Source: Candidatus Altiarchaeota archaeon
GTDB lineage: Archaea > Altiarchaeota > Altiarchaeia > IMC4 > JBDREA01
Assembly (NCBI GenBank): GCA_043820265.1
Contig: JBDREA010000098.1
Span: 1-46,369 of the forward strand
DNA: 46,369 bases
Reading direction: 5' to 3'
Part shown: positions 27,274 to 35,312 of the stretch, one piece after another
Numbering within the stretch: position 1 is the stretch's first letter
How the letters are laid out: every line of letters starts with the position of its first letter
The notes under the pieces: model-generated
The model's database searches: none
Seen by the model: only the letters and a program-made list of their open reading frames with translations
Told to the model about the DNA's origin: nothing
Made by a program: the position numbers and the translations under genes

Positions 27274-28155
27274 ATGAAAATCCAGGAGATATTGAACTAC
27301 ACGAAGGCGTTTTTCGAGATAATTAGGGTCAGAAACTGCCTTCTCGGGTTTGTCGGTGTCATGTTGGGAGCATTACTGGTCTCTCAAGGTAACTTTAGCG
27401 TCCTTTTTGCACAAAAAACAGTCTTTGCAGGATTGGCAGCGGCATTCATCCTCGGGGCGGGAAACGCGATAAACGACTACTCCGATTATGAAATAGATAA
27501 AATCAACCGACCGAATAGGCCTCTGCCGAGTAAGAGAATCAGCAGAAGTGACGCCTTGATGATGACTTTGACGCTTTTTCTTCTGGGTTTAGCCCTCTCG
27601 AAGGCAATAAACAGGTATTGCCTCTACATCGCCATTTTTAACACGGTTCTTTTGGTCCTCTATGCGGTATATTCGAAAAAAGTGCTGTTTCTTTCTAATC
27701 TGACGGTCAGCTATCTTGTAGGTTCAATCTTCATTTTCGGAGCACTTTCAACGATTGATTCGGGTGTGAATCCGTTGACGTTGCCTGGGATCCAGATAAC
27801 AGGAATCCTAAGTATCTGTGCCGGCTTAATGACAATCTCGCGCGAGATAGTAAAGGACATCGAAGACATAGAAGGCGATAAAAAATCGTATTCTCTGACT
27901 CTGCCCATCCACTTTGGGGCAAAAACCGCAAAAAAAACAGCTCTTGTTTTCACTATTGCAGCAGTCCTATTGAGTCTATTGCCCATGATATTTGCACCTC
28001 AGGGATTCGATACACTCAAGTATTTGATATTCATAGGTGTGGCAGATATTAGTTTCCTGTTTTCATTTACCATGCACCCCAGCCTGGCTCAGCAGGTCAT
28101 GGTTGCAGGCATGGCATTCTCGCTTATGGGGTTTTATGCCGGCTTCCTCCTCTAA
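27274..28155 (+). CDS. digeranylgeranylglyceryl-phosphate synthase (UbiA family)
   Basis: GNAINDYSDYEIDKINRPNRPLPS, REIVKDIEDIEGD, TLP; multi-TM. Confidence 0.9.
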   Translation: MKIQEILNYTKAFFEIIRVRNCLLGFVGVMLGALLVSQGNFSVLFAQKTVFAGLAAAFILGAGNAINDYSDYEIDKINRPNRPLPSKRISRSDALMMTLTLFLLGLALSKAINRYCLYIAIFNTVLLVLYAVYSKKVLFLSNLTVSYLVGSIFIFGALSTIDSGVNPLTLPGIQITGILSICAGLMTISREIVKDIEDIEGDKKSYSLTLPIHFGAKTAKKTALVFTIAAVLLSLLPMIFAPQGFDTLKYLIFIGVADISFLFSFTMHPSLAQQVMVAGMAFSLMGFYAGFLL

Positions 28156-28215
28156 GCAAAGACTTTTAAGAGCCGCCAACATAAAGATAACTCAAATTTT
28201 ATTTGTAAGTCCAAA

Positions 28216-28411
28216 TAGCTCAGCCTAGTGCGTGAGATTTCGCTACGCGAAATCTACGCCCTAAGGATGCGAAGCATCCTTGGGCACTAGGAATCACGAA
28301 GTGATTCCTGTGTGCAAGTTCGCTTTGAGCGAACTTAGCACCCAACGTCGATTTCATCGACGTTAGGGCGCAGAAATCCCAAAAGGGATTTCTCGCGGAG
28401 CGCGTGCTTGG
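28216..28411 (+). repeat. duplicated tRNA-Thr 5' half interrupted by six abutting bulged-hairpin modules (28231-28397)
   Basis: TAGCTCAGCCTAGTG + 167 nt + GAGCGCGTGCTTGG versus tRNA TAGCTCAGCCTGGTGGAGCGCGTGCTTGG. Confidence 0.88.
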
Positions 28412-28448
28412 CGAGAAAGTAAGAATAAACGTAAAGTAGAAAAATTAA

Positions 28449-28522
28449 GCCCCAGTAGCTCAGCCTGGTGGAGCGCGTGCTTGGTAAGCACGAGGCCCTG
28501 GGTTCAATTCCCAGCTGGGGCT
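28449..28522 (+). tRNA. tRNA-Thr(GGT)
   Basis: GCCCCAG/CTGGGGC acceptor; CGTGC-TTGGTAA-GCACG anticodon arm; CTGGG-TTCAATT-CCCAG T-arm. Confidence 0.97.
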
Positions 28523-28682
28523 TAATCTTTTTCTTTTGTTTTCTTCTTGAAGGGATTTCCTTGTTTGTTTTAGGGTTGAGGGTTATCGAAATAGAAAAAG
28601 TTACTTTTTGATAATAATCAATAAATCACATAACTTATTAATACTTAATCCTAATATTATTTTGGAAATCGAGGGTTGAAAA

Positions 28683-28856
28683 ATGAAACCTGAAAAGGAT
28701 AACTTATTGGGGAAAATGCTTGAAGACTTTCAGAAACACTGTGTTAAAGCCCCAAAAGGCGTGGACCTGGATTACTTATTCAGCGGCTCAAGAGATTACT
28801 CCGGAGATTATTCAGGGGGGGAAAAGTCTAAAGACAAAACGATTTCTATCCAGTAG
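28683..28856 (+). CDS. putative 57-aa protein
   Basis: MKPEKDNLLGKMLEDF...; GAGGG upstream after an AT-rich promoter-like tract. Confidence 0.35.
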   Translation: MKPEKDNLLGKMLEDFQKHCVKAPKGVDLDYLFSGSRDYSGDYSGGEKSKDKTISIQ

Positions 28857-28882
28857 CTTTCTATTGCACACTCATCGATTTG

Positions 28883-29500
28883 TTACCATCTGTCTTCTGG
28901 TCGCACACATCTTCCCTCGGTTAAACAATTTCTTTGGCCAGCCGACTCTTCACAGAAGTAGGCAACCTGGCAGGGTTTGTTGAAAAGACAGTGCTCAAAC
29001 ATCTCGGCTGTTTTGTTGAATCGACATGATGCCTTGTTGGAATTAGGATTCAGACAGGTGTAATCTACCCAGTCATGGTAGACGTCATTGTCCTTGCAGT
29101 ACTTTATTGAATAATGAGGAGAACTGCAGTCCTCTTTTGTCCTGCACTCGATCTCGCATTCCTCGCAGGGTCCCCCGCAGTCGATTGCGGTCTCGTTTTG
29201 GTTTTGGATGCCATCATCACAGGTTGGCAGTGGGATGCTTGTGGTAGAAGTCGAAGTAGTCGAGGTGCTGGTCGAAGAAGTGGAGCTGGTCGTCGAAGTA
29301 GATGAGGTAGATGGGGTTGAAGTCGAAGAAGTTGATGTAGATGAGGTTGAAATCGTTGAGGGAAGCGTGAATTTAGGGCATTCTTCGACTGTTGGGGCCT
29401 TGCTTCCATCCCAGCAGCTCGCGCCTTTTTCTGCGCCGATGCATCCTGAAAAAAAGACCAACAACAATACGAATAAAGAAGGCCAAAAAAATGATGTCAT
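28883..29500 (-). CDS. lipoprotein with Ser/Thr linker and Cys-rich modules
   Basis: Lipobox FFSGC, poly-S/T, CDDGIQNQNETAIDCGGPC and further Cys modules. Confidence 0.8.
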   Translation of the reverse strand: MTSFFWPSLFVLLLVFFSGCIGAEKGASCWDGSKAPTVEECPKFTLPSTISTSSTSTSSTSTPSTSSTSTTSSTSSTSTSTTSTSTTSIPLPTCDDGIQNQNETAIDCGGPCEECEIECRTKEDCSSPHYSIKYCKDNDVYHDWVDYTCLNPNSNKASCRFNKTAEMFEHCLFNKPCQVAYFCEESAGQRNCLTEGRCVRPEDRW

Positions 29501-29611
29501 TGTAACTAGACAATGGAACCAGAAAATAAAAGAGAAACGACGAATAGATACCTTGGTATGAGGGGGTATGATATTTCGCAGGTTTTTATGGACACATAAC
29601 TATAAACCCAC

Positions 29612-30196
29612 ATGGTAGTACAATCTGCTATGCTTGCTATTGTCGATCACATCCGCCAGATAGTAGACCATCTGGATGAAAGACAGCTAAACCAGATGCT
29701 TGAAGATATTAAAGTTGCAGATAGGATTTTTCTTATGGGAGCCGGTAGGTCGGGGCTCGCGGTCAGGGCATTTGGCATGCGTCTCGTGCAGCTTGGATTA
29801 AAGGCGTATATAGTTGGTGAAACGATAACGCCTGCGATTGCAGAAAATGATCTCTTCATTGCAGTGTCAGGGTCTGGTGAAACCTCTACTGTGGCGAATG
29901 GTGCAAGGATTTCAAAGAAGGTGGGGGCAAGAGTTTTGGCAATCACGTCTTATCCTGAATCGACTGTTGGAAAATTGGCTGATGATGTTGTCGTGATCAA
30001 GGGTAGGACAAAGATTGATGTGGAAAAGGATCATGTAAAAAGCCAGTTAGAGGGTAAACATTCTACTCTTACGCCCTTGGGGACCTTGTTTGAGGATACT
30101 GTTATGGTTTTCTTTGACGGAGCCATTGCGGGGTTGATGAATGTTTATGGTGCTGGAGAAACAGATATGAAGCGAAGGCACACTTCGCTCGAGTAG
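29612..30196 (+). CDS. hxlB: 6-phospho-3-hexuloisomerase (SIS domain)
   Basis: GAGRSG, VGETITPAI, SGSGET, PLGTLFE, H..LE C-terminus. Confidence 0.94.
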   Translation: MVVQSAMLAIVDHIRQIVDHLDERQLNQMLEDIKVADRIFLMGAGRSGLAVRAFGMRLVQLGLKAYIVGETITPAIAENDLFIAVSGSGETSTVANGARISKKVGARVLAITSYPESTVGKLADDVVVIKGRTKIDVEKDHVKSQLEGKHSTLTPLGTLFEDTVMVFFDGAIAGLMNVYGAGETDMKRRHTSLE

Positions 30197-30204
30197 AATA
30201 TAAC

Positions 30205-31269
30205 TTATTCTATCCTAAACCTTAGGATTGCCGCCAGACCCCCAAGAGAGTCAAGCTGTGCTCCCGAGTCAAGTTCGGAGTTTAGGAAATGAATGGTTCC
30301 TTTTTGTTTTTTTACCCCATCGATCAATGATTCAAGAGTGTTTCGGTTTTCAAGTAGGTATTTCGTAGATATTAACAGTGTTTTGATTGCGCTAAGGGAG
30401 CTTGCTTTAGAAACATGTGTTAGGCCATAGGCTGCCAATCCGGATTCCTTTCCTATGTGGGTCAGCAGTTCATCGATTAATGTCGCATCTTGGGCTGCAC
30501 TCAATTCTTCTGAGAATTTTTTCGTTATTGGACGCTTTAACACCTCCAAAACTCCGTTTTGACCATATGAGCCGATGTTTTCGACAACTCCCTTTTTTGC
30601 CAGTTCGGGATTTTTTTCTTTTAGGTAGTCGTGAAATGAGTTCTTTTCGAATCCGCATCCCGCCAAAATAAAACCTTTTAAACTTTCTTTGGAAACTTGA
30701 TTCACTATTGTTTCTGCAAGTTCTTTGTAGAATTCCTCTTTTCTTTTTTCCCTGCCTTCAAGGTACTCTTTGCCGCCAATATTTTTCCTCAGGTCGATAT
30801 AGGATGATCCGGATTCTCTGATGAGACCTAATGTCGCCTCTCCTTCATCGACTACCACGATGAGAAGCTTAGGTTTGAGAGACGCTTTTTCTGCGTCATC
30901 TAGTCTTTGTTTTTCGAGTTTCGTCCAACCCTCTTTTTTTATGGAAAGCTCGGTTCCTGGCTCGATTATTAGAGCATGATGGGAGCCTATGGGTGTCAGG
31001 TCTTCAGGTCCCTGGCTAATCGTTCCGAGAATGCGCAATACATTTTGATTGGCATACTCTGTTTTTTCCACTTCAATTACTAAAGTTATCTTTTTTCTTT
31101 CGCCTCCGTCGCTTCGGCCCATGTCGGATTTCTCCTTTATTCTTCTGACTGTGGGGGCTTTAACCAGGTCCCGGGGCTGGATTATCTGGGAGAGATACCA
31201 TAGGTCGTCTATGCTTTCTACTCGTAGTTTTACCAGGTTTTGTTTGTAGTCGCGATAGAAAACCTTCAT
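30205..31269 (-). CDS. pelA: archaeal Pelota (mRNA surveillance)
   Basis: ESIDDLWYL, LRILG.I..GP, GSHH, AAYG, QLDSLGGLAAILRF. Confidence 0.94.
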   Translation of the reverse strand: MKVFYRDYKQNLVKLRVESIDDLWYLSQIIQPRDLVKAPTVRRIKEKSDMGRSDGGERKKITLVIEVEKTEYANQNVLRILGTISQGPEDLTPIGSHHALIIEPGTELSIKKEGWTKLEKQRLDDAEKASLKPKLLIVVVDEGEATLGLIRESGSSYIDLRKNIGGKEYLEGREKRKEEFYKELAETIVNQVSKESLKGFILAGCGFEKNSFHDYLKEKNPELAKKGVVENIGSYGQNGVLEVLKRPITKKFSEELSAAQDATLIDELLTHIGKESGLAAYGLTHVSKASSLSAIKTLLISTKYLLENRNTLESLIDGVKKQKGTIHFLNSELDSGAQLDSLGGLAAILRFRIE

Positions 31270-31284
31270 TTTAAAATCGAAACC

Positions 31285-34200
31285 TTATTTTTTCCTTTTT
31301 AGTTTTTTGTCTAGAAGCAAGAGGTCTCTTTTTATTTTTACCTCGATGTCTGTTGGTTCAATCTCTTTTGAATCCTCTTTGACTTCGATTCTTATCTTTC
31401 TAGGGGGCTTTTTTTCCGTGGTTGCGTGGATTTTTTTGACTTTGCGTTCTTTTTCAGGTTTCTTCTCTTTTGACTTTCCTTTTTTCTTTTGGGCTTTAGG
31501 TTTGTGTTCAGGGGGGGCTTGCTTTTCTTCCGGTTGAGATGGTTCTTTAATTGCGGGTTCTATTGGCATTTCATCTGTGGGAAGAGATTGTCCTCCGGTT
31601 TGAAGTTCTTTTTCAGATCCCCCCCCTACTTCTTCCTCAGCTGGTTGCTCGGGGCCATTGGCTTCCTCAGACCCTTCGGGTTTGCCCTCTTCAATAATCA
31701 ATTGCCCTGCAATGGGAGCTGCGGATTTGGTTGGCGGAGCTAGGGGGATTAATTCCTCACCTAGAGGTAAATCCTTTTCTGAGGATGGAAGTTCTTCTGT
31801 TAGAGGAACGTCTTGGTATTGTTGCTCTTCCTTTGTTAATTGGTCTTCTTCGCTTGGAGCTTCATCGGTGTTTTGTTCGTCAGCTTCCGCCCCCAGTGTA
31901 GCATCCCCTGGATGGCCAGGTTCTTCTTGAGCTATTGCGTCTTCTACTTCTTTTATTTTTTCATCTTCGATTAGGATAGGTTCTTCATCTACAAGTTGGA
32001 CTCCAAAATCTGCGACATCTATCATCTCCTCCAGGTCTTCGTCGGTTATCTCAACTTCTTCTTCTACGATCGTGTCTTTCTCATATACTTCCTCTTCGAG
32101 TTTGGATTCGCCCCAGATGGATTCCACGATTTCGTCTGTGAGGTCCGAGAAGGCTTCGTTTGGTTTTTGCCCCTGTTTGTGGACTCGCCGATAAAACCAG
32201 TAGCCGACCACTAAGGCAAGTAATGCTGTACAAAGTAGGATTACTGCGAAAAGGAGATATATCGCTATTGAAAGGTTTGAGAAGCGTGAGGATGAATCTT
32301 CGGTTTCAAGTCTTGTTAAGAGGTCTCCTGCGTTAACCATCCCTTCGTCGTTGCCCAGTTCGCTGTAGAGTTCGAGCGCGTCTTCAGCGAATCTCTTCGC
32401 TTGGGTTTCATCGCCTTTTGAAAGGTAGAGGAGCGCGTTTTGATAGTATTCGTTGGCTAGGTCTGTTGAGGATTGCCTTCTGAGTTTTTCTGTGCATGAG
32501 CTGATTATTTTTCCTGCATTCTCCACCCCTTCGTGGTCTGATACCTCGTTGTAGGAGTTTCTCGCCTTTTTCGCAAAGGCGCATGCCAAGTCAAATTGCC
32601 TGGAATCCTGATACTGGCTGGCTTGCTCCAGGTATGCATCTCCTGCATATTTTGATGTCGCCCCACTCAGTTTTTCTGCGAGGATCAAAAGCAGTTTGTC
32701 GCTTTTTTCGATCCCGGAACTATCTCCCAGTTCCTGATAAATCTGTCTTGCATCCGATACATAGGACTTGGATGTCTCATATTGTCTTTTATCGAAGTAG
32801 TCGAGTGCTTCTTGGTAGTAAGAGTCGGCTTTCAGATAGTCTTCTGCGTTTTGCATTAGTATGTTGGCTTTTGATACGCCGCTCTCGTCGTCTAGCTCGG
32901 TGTATAATCCTTTTGCTTCAAGAGCGAGCCGTTTGCCTTCCTTGAAGTCTCCTCCCCGATAGGAGTCTCGGGCCCTGGAGAATACATCCTTTACTTCATT
33001 GTATTTTTTGGAGAGCTCGACAAATCTTTCAAGCTCGGCTGTTTTGTTTTTCGCAAACAGTTCTCTGTATATTTGAAGGGACTCCTTTCCGTTTTTTGCC
33101 GCTTCGTCGAATTTTTCTGCATCAAATAGGGATTTGGCTTCTTCATGGAATTTTTTTGCCTCAAGAAATTTCGTCGACTTATTTATGACATTGTTCAACT
33201 CGTGCAGTTTGCCTATGTACTCCAGTTCGAGGTATCTGGTTTTCGCCTCCAATGCCTTCTCCTTTGCCTCAAGATAGAATTCCTGGTGGAACAGTCCCAG
33301 AGATTGCTCATATACTTCATCGACTCCGAGGATGAGGAGATACCTTGGATTTACTTCATAGAAGTAGAGGTCATTCAGAGTGTATACTATCAGGTCTTCA
33401 AATCCATTGGCATCGATGTCTTCTATCAGTATCCCCTGTATTGGAGTGGGATTTGTGTAGGTCCATTCGACGTTTCCGGTCAGATCCAAGGAGACAATCT
33501 TCTTTCTTCCAGAGACGATGATGATCTCCTTTTCGCCGTCGTGATCAACGTCTCCTACCGCAAGTCCTTCGCTCAAATCCGGATTCTTGTATGACCAAAG
33601 GAGTGCTCCAAAAGAATTGAGGACGTAGAGTTTGTCATCTACTCCCAAAGCTAATATCTCTGAGGTTCCGTCCCCTTCGAGGTCGTCAACCAAGACTTCA
33701 CCAATCCGTCCTGAAGTTGTATAGCTCCATTTTTGGTTTCCCAAATAATCGTAGAGGAATACGTGCCGGAATGCGCCTGCCACCAGATCCGGATACCCTA
33801 ATCCTTCGAAGTCGTGGGATGTCAGGGCCCAGACTGCAAACCCAGGCTCATGCTCCCAGATGAGTGCACCGTTGGAGTCTAATGCATAAAGAACTGCATC
33901 TTGTGTGCCCACTAATACTTCGCTTAAATTGTCTTGGTTTATGTCAGCGGCGTATAGGGTATAGGCTATGTCGTGGTCATAGTCTGCCCACTTCAACATG
34001 CCGTAATCCAGTCCCTCAACCCGTTCCAACACGTAAACTGGATTGTTCCTTGAAGCCTGAGGGAGATGGGAACTTATGATAAACTCTGGGTCGCCGTTGC
34101 CGTCAATATCCTCGACAAAAACAGTTCTTATGTCGTTGTTGGGCCAAATCTCGTTTATCCTCTGCTTCCATAAGAGATTGCCTTTGTCGTCTGTTACATA

Positions 34201-34404
34201 GACGTCGGATCGCTGGGGGGAAGTGGAGGAGATGATTATCTCCAGATGGGAGTCGTTACTTATGTCTGCCAGCCTTGCGTCCTGACCCCCTACTCCCTGA
34301 ATCCACTTCAGATTCAAAGGTTCTAAATCTTCTGCTAAAACTGGGGCAGATAATAAAATCAGGAGTGCGAACGTCGCATATAGTCTTGGAAGGTTCATAA
34401 TCAT
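31285..34404 (-). CDS. large surface protein: FG-GAP/VCBS beta-propeller, TPR-like repeats, TM, acidic then basic tail
   Basis: Signal peptide; repeated DxDxDGxxE motifs; ~7 helical A...A...Y..L repeats; TM near residue 720; E/P-rich tail. Confidence 0.82.
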   Translation of the reverse strand: MIMNLPRLYATFALLILLSAPVLAEDLEPLNLKWIQGVGGQDARLADISNDSHLEIIISSTSPQRSDVYVTDDKGNLLWKQRINEIWPNNDIRTVFVEDIDGNGDPEFIISSHLPQASRNNPVYVLERVEGLDYGMLKWADYDHDIAYTLYAADINQDNLSEVLVGTQDAVLYALDSNGALIWEHEPGFAVWALTSHDFEGLGYPDLVAGAFRHVFLYDYLGNQKWSYTTSGRIGEVLVDDLEGDGTSEILALGVDDKLYVLNSFGALLWSYKNPDLSEGLAVGDVDHDGEKEIIIVSGRKKIVSLDLTGNVEWTYTNPTPIQGILIEDIDANGFEDLIVYTLNDLYFYEVNPRYLLILGVDEVYEQSLGLFHQEFYLEAKEKALEAKTRYLELEYIGKLHELNNVINKSTKFLEAKKFHEEAKSLFDAEKFDEAAKNGKESLQIYRELFAKNKTAELERFVELSKKYNEVKDVFSRARDSYRGGDFKEGKRLALEAKGLYTELDDESGVSKANILMQNAEDYLKADSYYQEALDYFDKRQYETSKSYVSDARQIYQELGDSSGIEKSDKLLLILAEKLSGATSKYAGDAYLEQASQYQDSRQFDLACAFAKKARNSYNEVSDHEGVENAGKIISSCTEKLRRQSSTDLANEYYQNALLYLSKGDETQAKRFAEDALELYSELGNDEGMVNAGDLLTRLETEDSSSRFSNLSIAIYLLFAVILLCTALLALVVGYWFYRRVHKQGQKPNEAFSDLTDEIVESIWGESKLEEEVYEKDTIVEEEVEITDEDLEEMIDVADFGVQLVDEEPILIEDEKIKEVEDAIAQEEPGHPGDATLGAEADEQNTDEAPSEEDQLTKEEQQYQDVPLTEELPSSEKDLPLGEELIPLAPPTKSAAPIAGQLIIEEGKPEGSEEANGPEQPAEEEVGGGSEKELQTGGQSLPTDEMPIEPAIKEPSQPEEKQAPPEHKPKAQKKKGKSKEKKPEKERKVKKIHATTEKKPPRKIRIEVKEDSKEIEPTDIEVKIKRDLLLLDKKLKRKK

Positions 34405-34445
34405 CCAATAAGAAATGAGAGAAGAAACTTAAATAGGATTCACAT

Positions 34446-35171
34446 TCAGCCGACTAGGTAGAAGAAGGAGTCTTCGAGGCTGTCTTTGCCGGTTTGGGCG
34501 AGTATTTCTTCTACTGTGCCGATGGCTTTTTGCTCTCCTTCGTCTATGATGAGTATTCGATCGCAGAGTCTGACTGCTTCGTCTAATGTGTGGGTGGAGA
34601 AGATTATGGTTTTTCCCCGGTCTTTGAGGTCTTTGACTGTGTCAAACATTTTTCGAGAAGATACTGGGTCAAGGCCTGATGTGAGCTCGTCTAGGATGAC
34701 AAGCTCTGGATTGTGCACGAGTGTCTTTGCTATAGCTGCCCTTCTTCGCTGGCCTTTGGACATTGTCTTTATTACTTTGTCGGGTGTGTCGTCTAAATCG
34801 ACTAGTTTTAGGATTTCCGATACCGCTGAATCGAGGTTTTGTACGCCGTACAGCTCCCCTATGTATCTTAGATGTTCTGAGAGATTCATTTCGCCGTATA
34901 AGTAGTCTTCTTCGGGTAGGTAGCCCACTAGCTCTTTGACCTCGATCCGGTTGTGTATTACATTAAGACCCGAAACGATGCATTCCCCCTCGGAGGGTGT
35001 GATTATCCCGGAGACTACTTTCAAGGTGGTGGTTTTCCCTGCGCCGTTTGGACCGATGAATCCGAATATCTCGTTTTTTCTGACATTAAAGGAGAGGTTT
35101 TTCACTGCGTATTTCTCCCCATATCGTTTGGATAGGTTGTCTGCTGAAACGAAGTATTCGCCCTCACTCAT
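34446..35171 (-). CDS. ABC-2 type ATP-binding protein
   Basis: GPNGAGKT, GYLPE, MSKGQRRR, ILDELTSGLD, STH. Confidence 0.93.
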   Translation of the reverse strand: MSEGEYFVSADNLSKRYGEKYAVKNLSFNVRKNEIFGFIGPNGAGKTTTLKVVSGIITPSEGECIVSGLNVIHNRIEVKELVGYLPEEDYLYGEMNLSEHLRYIGELYGVQNLDSAVSEILKLVDLDDTPDKVIKTMSKGQRRRAAIAKTLVHNPELVILDELTSGLDPVSSRKMFDTVKDLKDRGKTIIFSTHTLDEAVRLCDRILIIDEGEQKAIGTVEEILAQTGKDSLEDSFFYLVG

Positions 35172-35186
35172 ATTACACAATTATGG

Positions 35187-35282
35187 TGGAGAGCATAAAA
35201 AATGGTCAATATAAGGTAATTATGCTCTCCAATATATTGGAGGACATAAAAATTGGTTCAGACAGCCATGTCCTCCACTATA
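35187..35282. promoter_or_regulatory. array of four GGAG(GA/AG)CAT half-sites in two inverted pairs, in the ATPase/permease divergent spacer
   Basis: TGGAGAGCATAA (35187) / TTATGCTCTCCA (35220); ATATATTGGAGGACATAA (35232) / ATGTCCTCCACTATA (35268). Confidence 0.65.
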
Positions 35283-35312
35283 TTAGGTTTAATGGTACAT
35301 AAATTAGACAGT

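Noticed and set aside
28231-28397. CRISPR array
   Set aside because: There is a ~28-nt period but no repeated sequence and no repeat/spacer alternation; no cas genes in the window.
28216-28411. Functional tRNA-Thr with a D-loop intron, or a split-tRNA half
   Set aside because: The acceptor 5' strand is degenerate, the match stops inside the anticodon (TTGG then C), and I see no BHB at the junctions.
29240-29360. GTCGAAG(A/T)AG-type short repeats
   Set aside because: Explained by the Ser/Thr linker codons of the lipoprotein.
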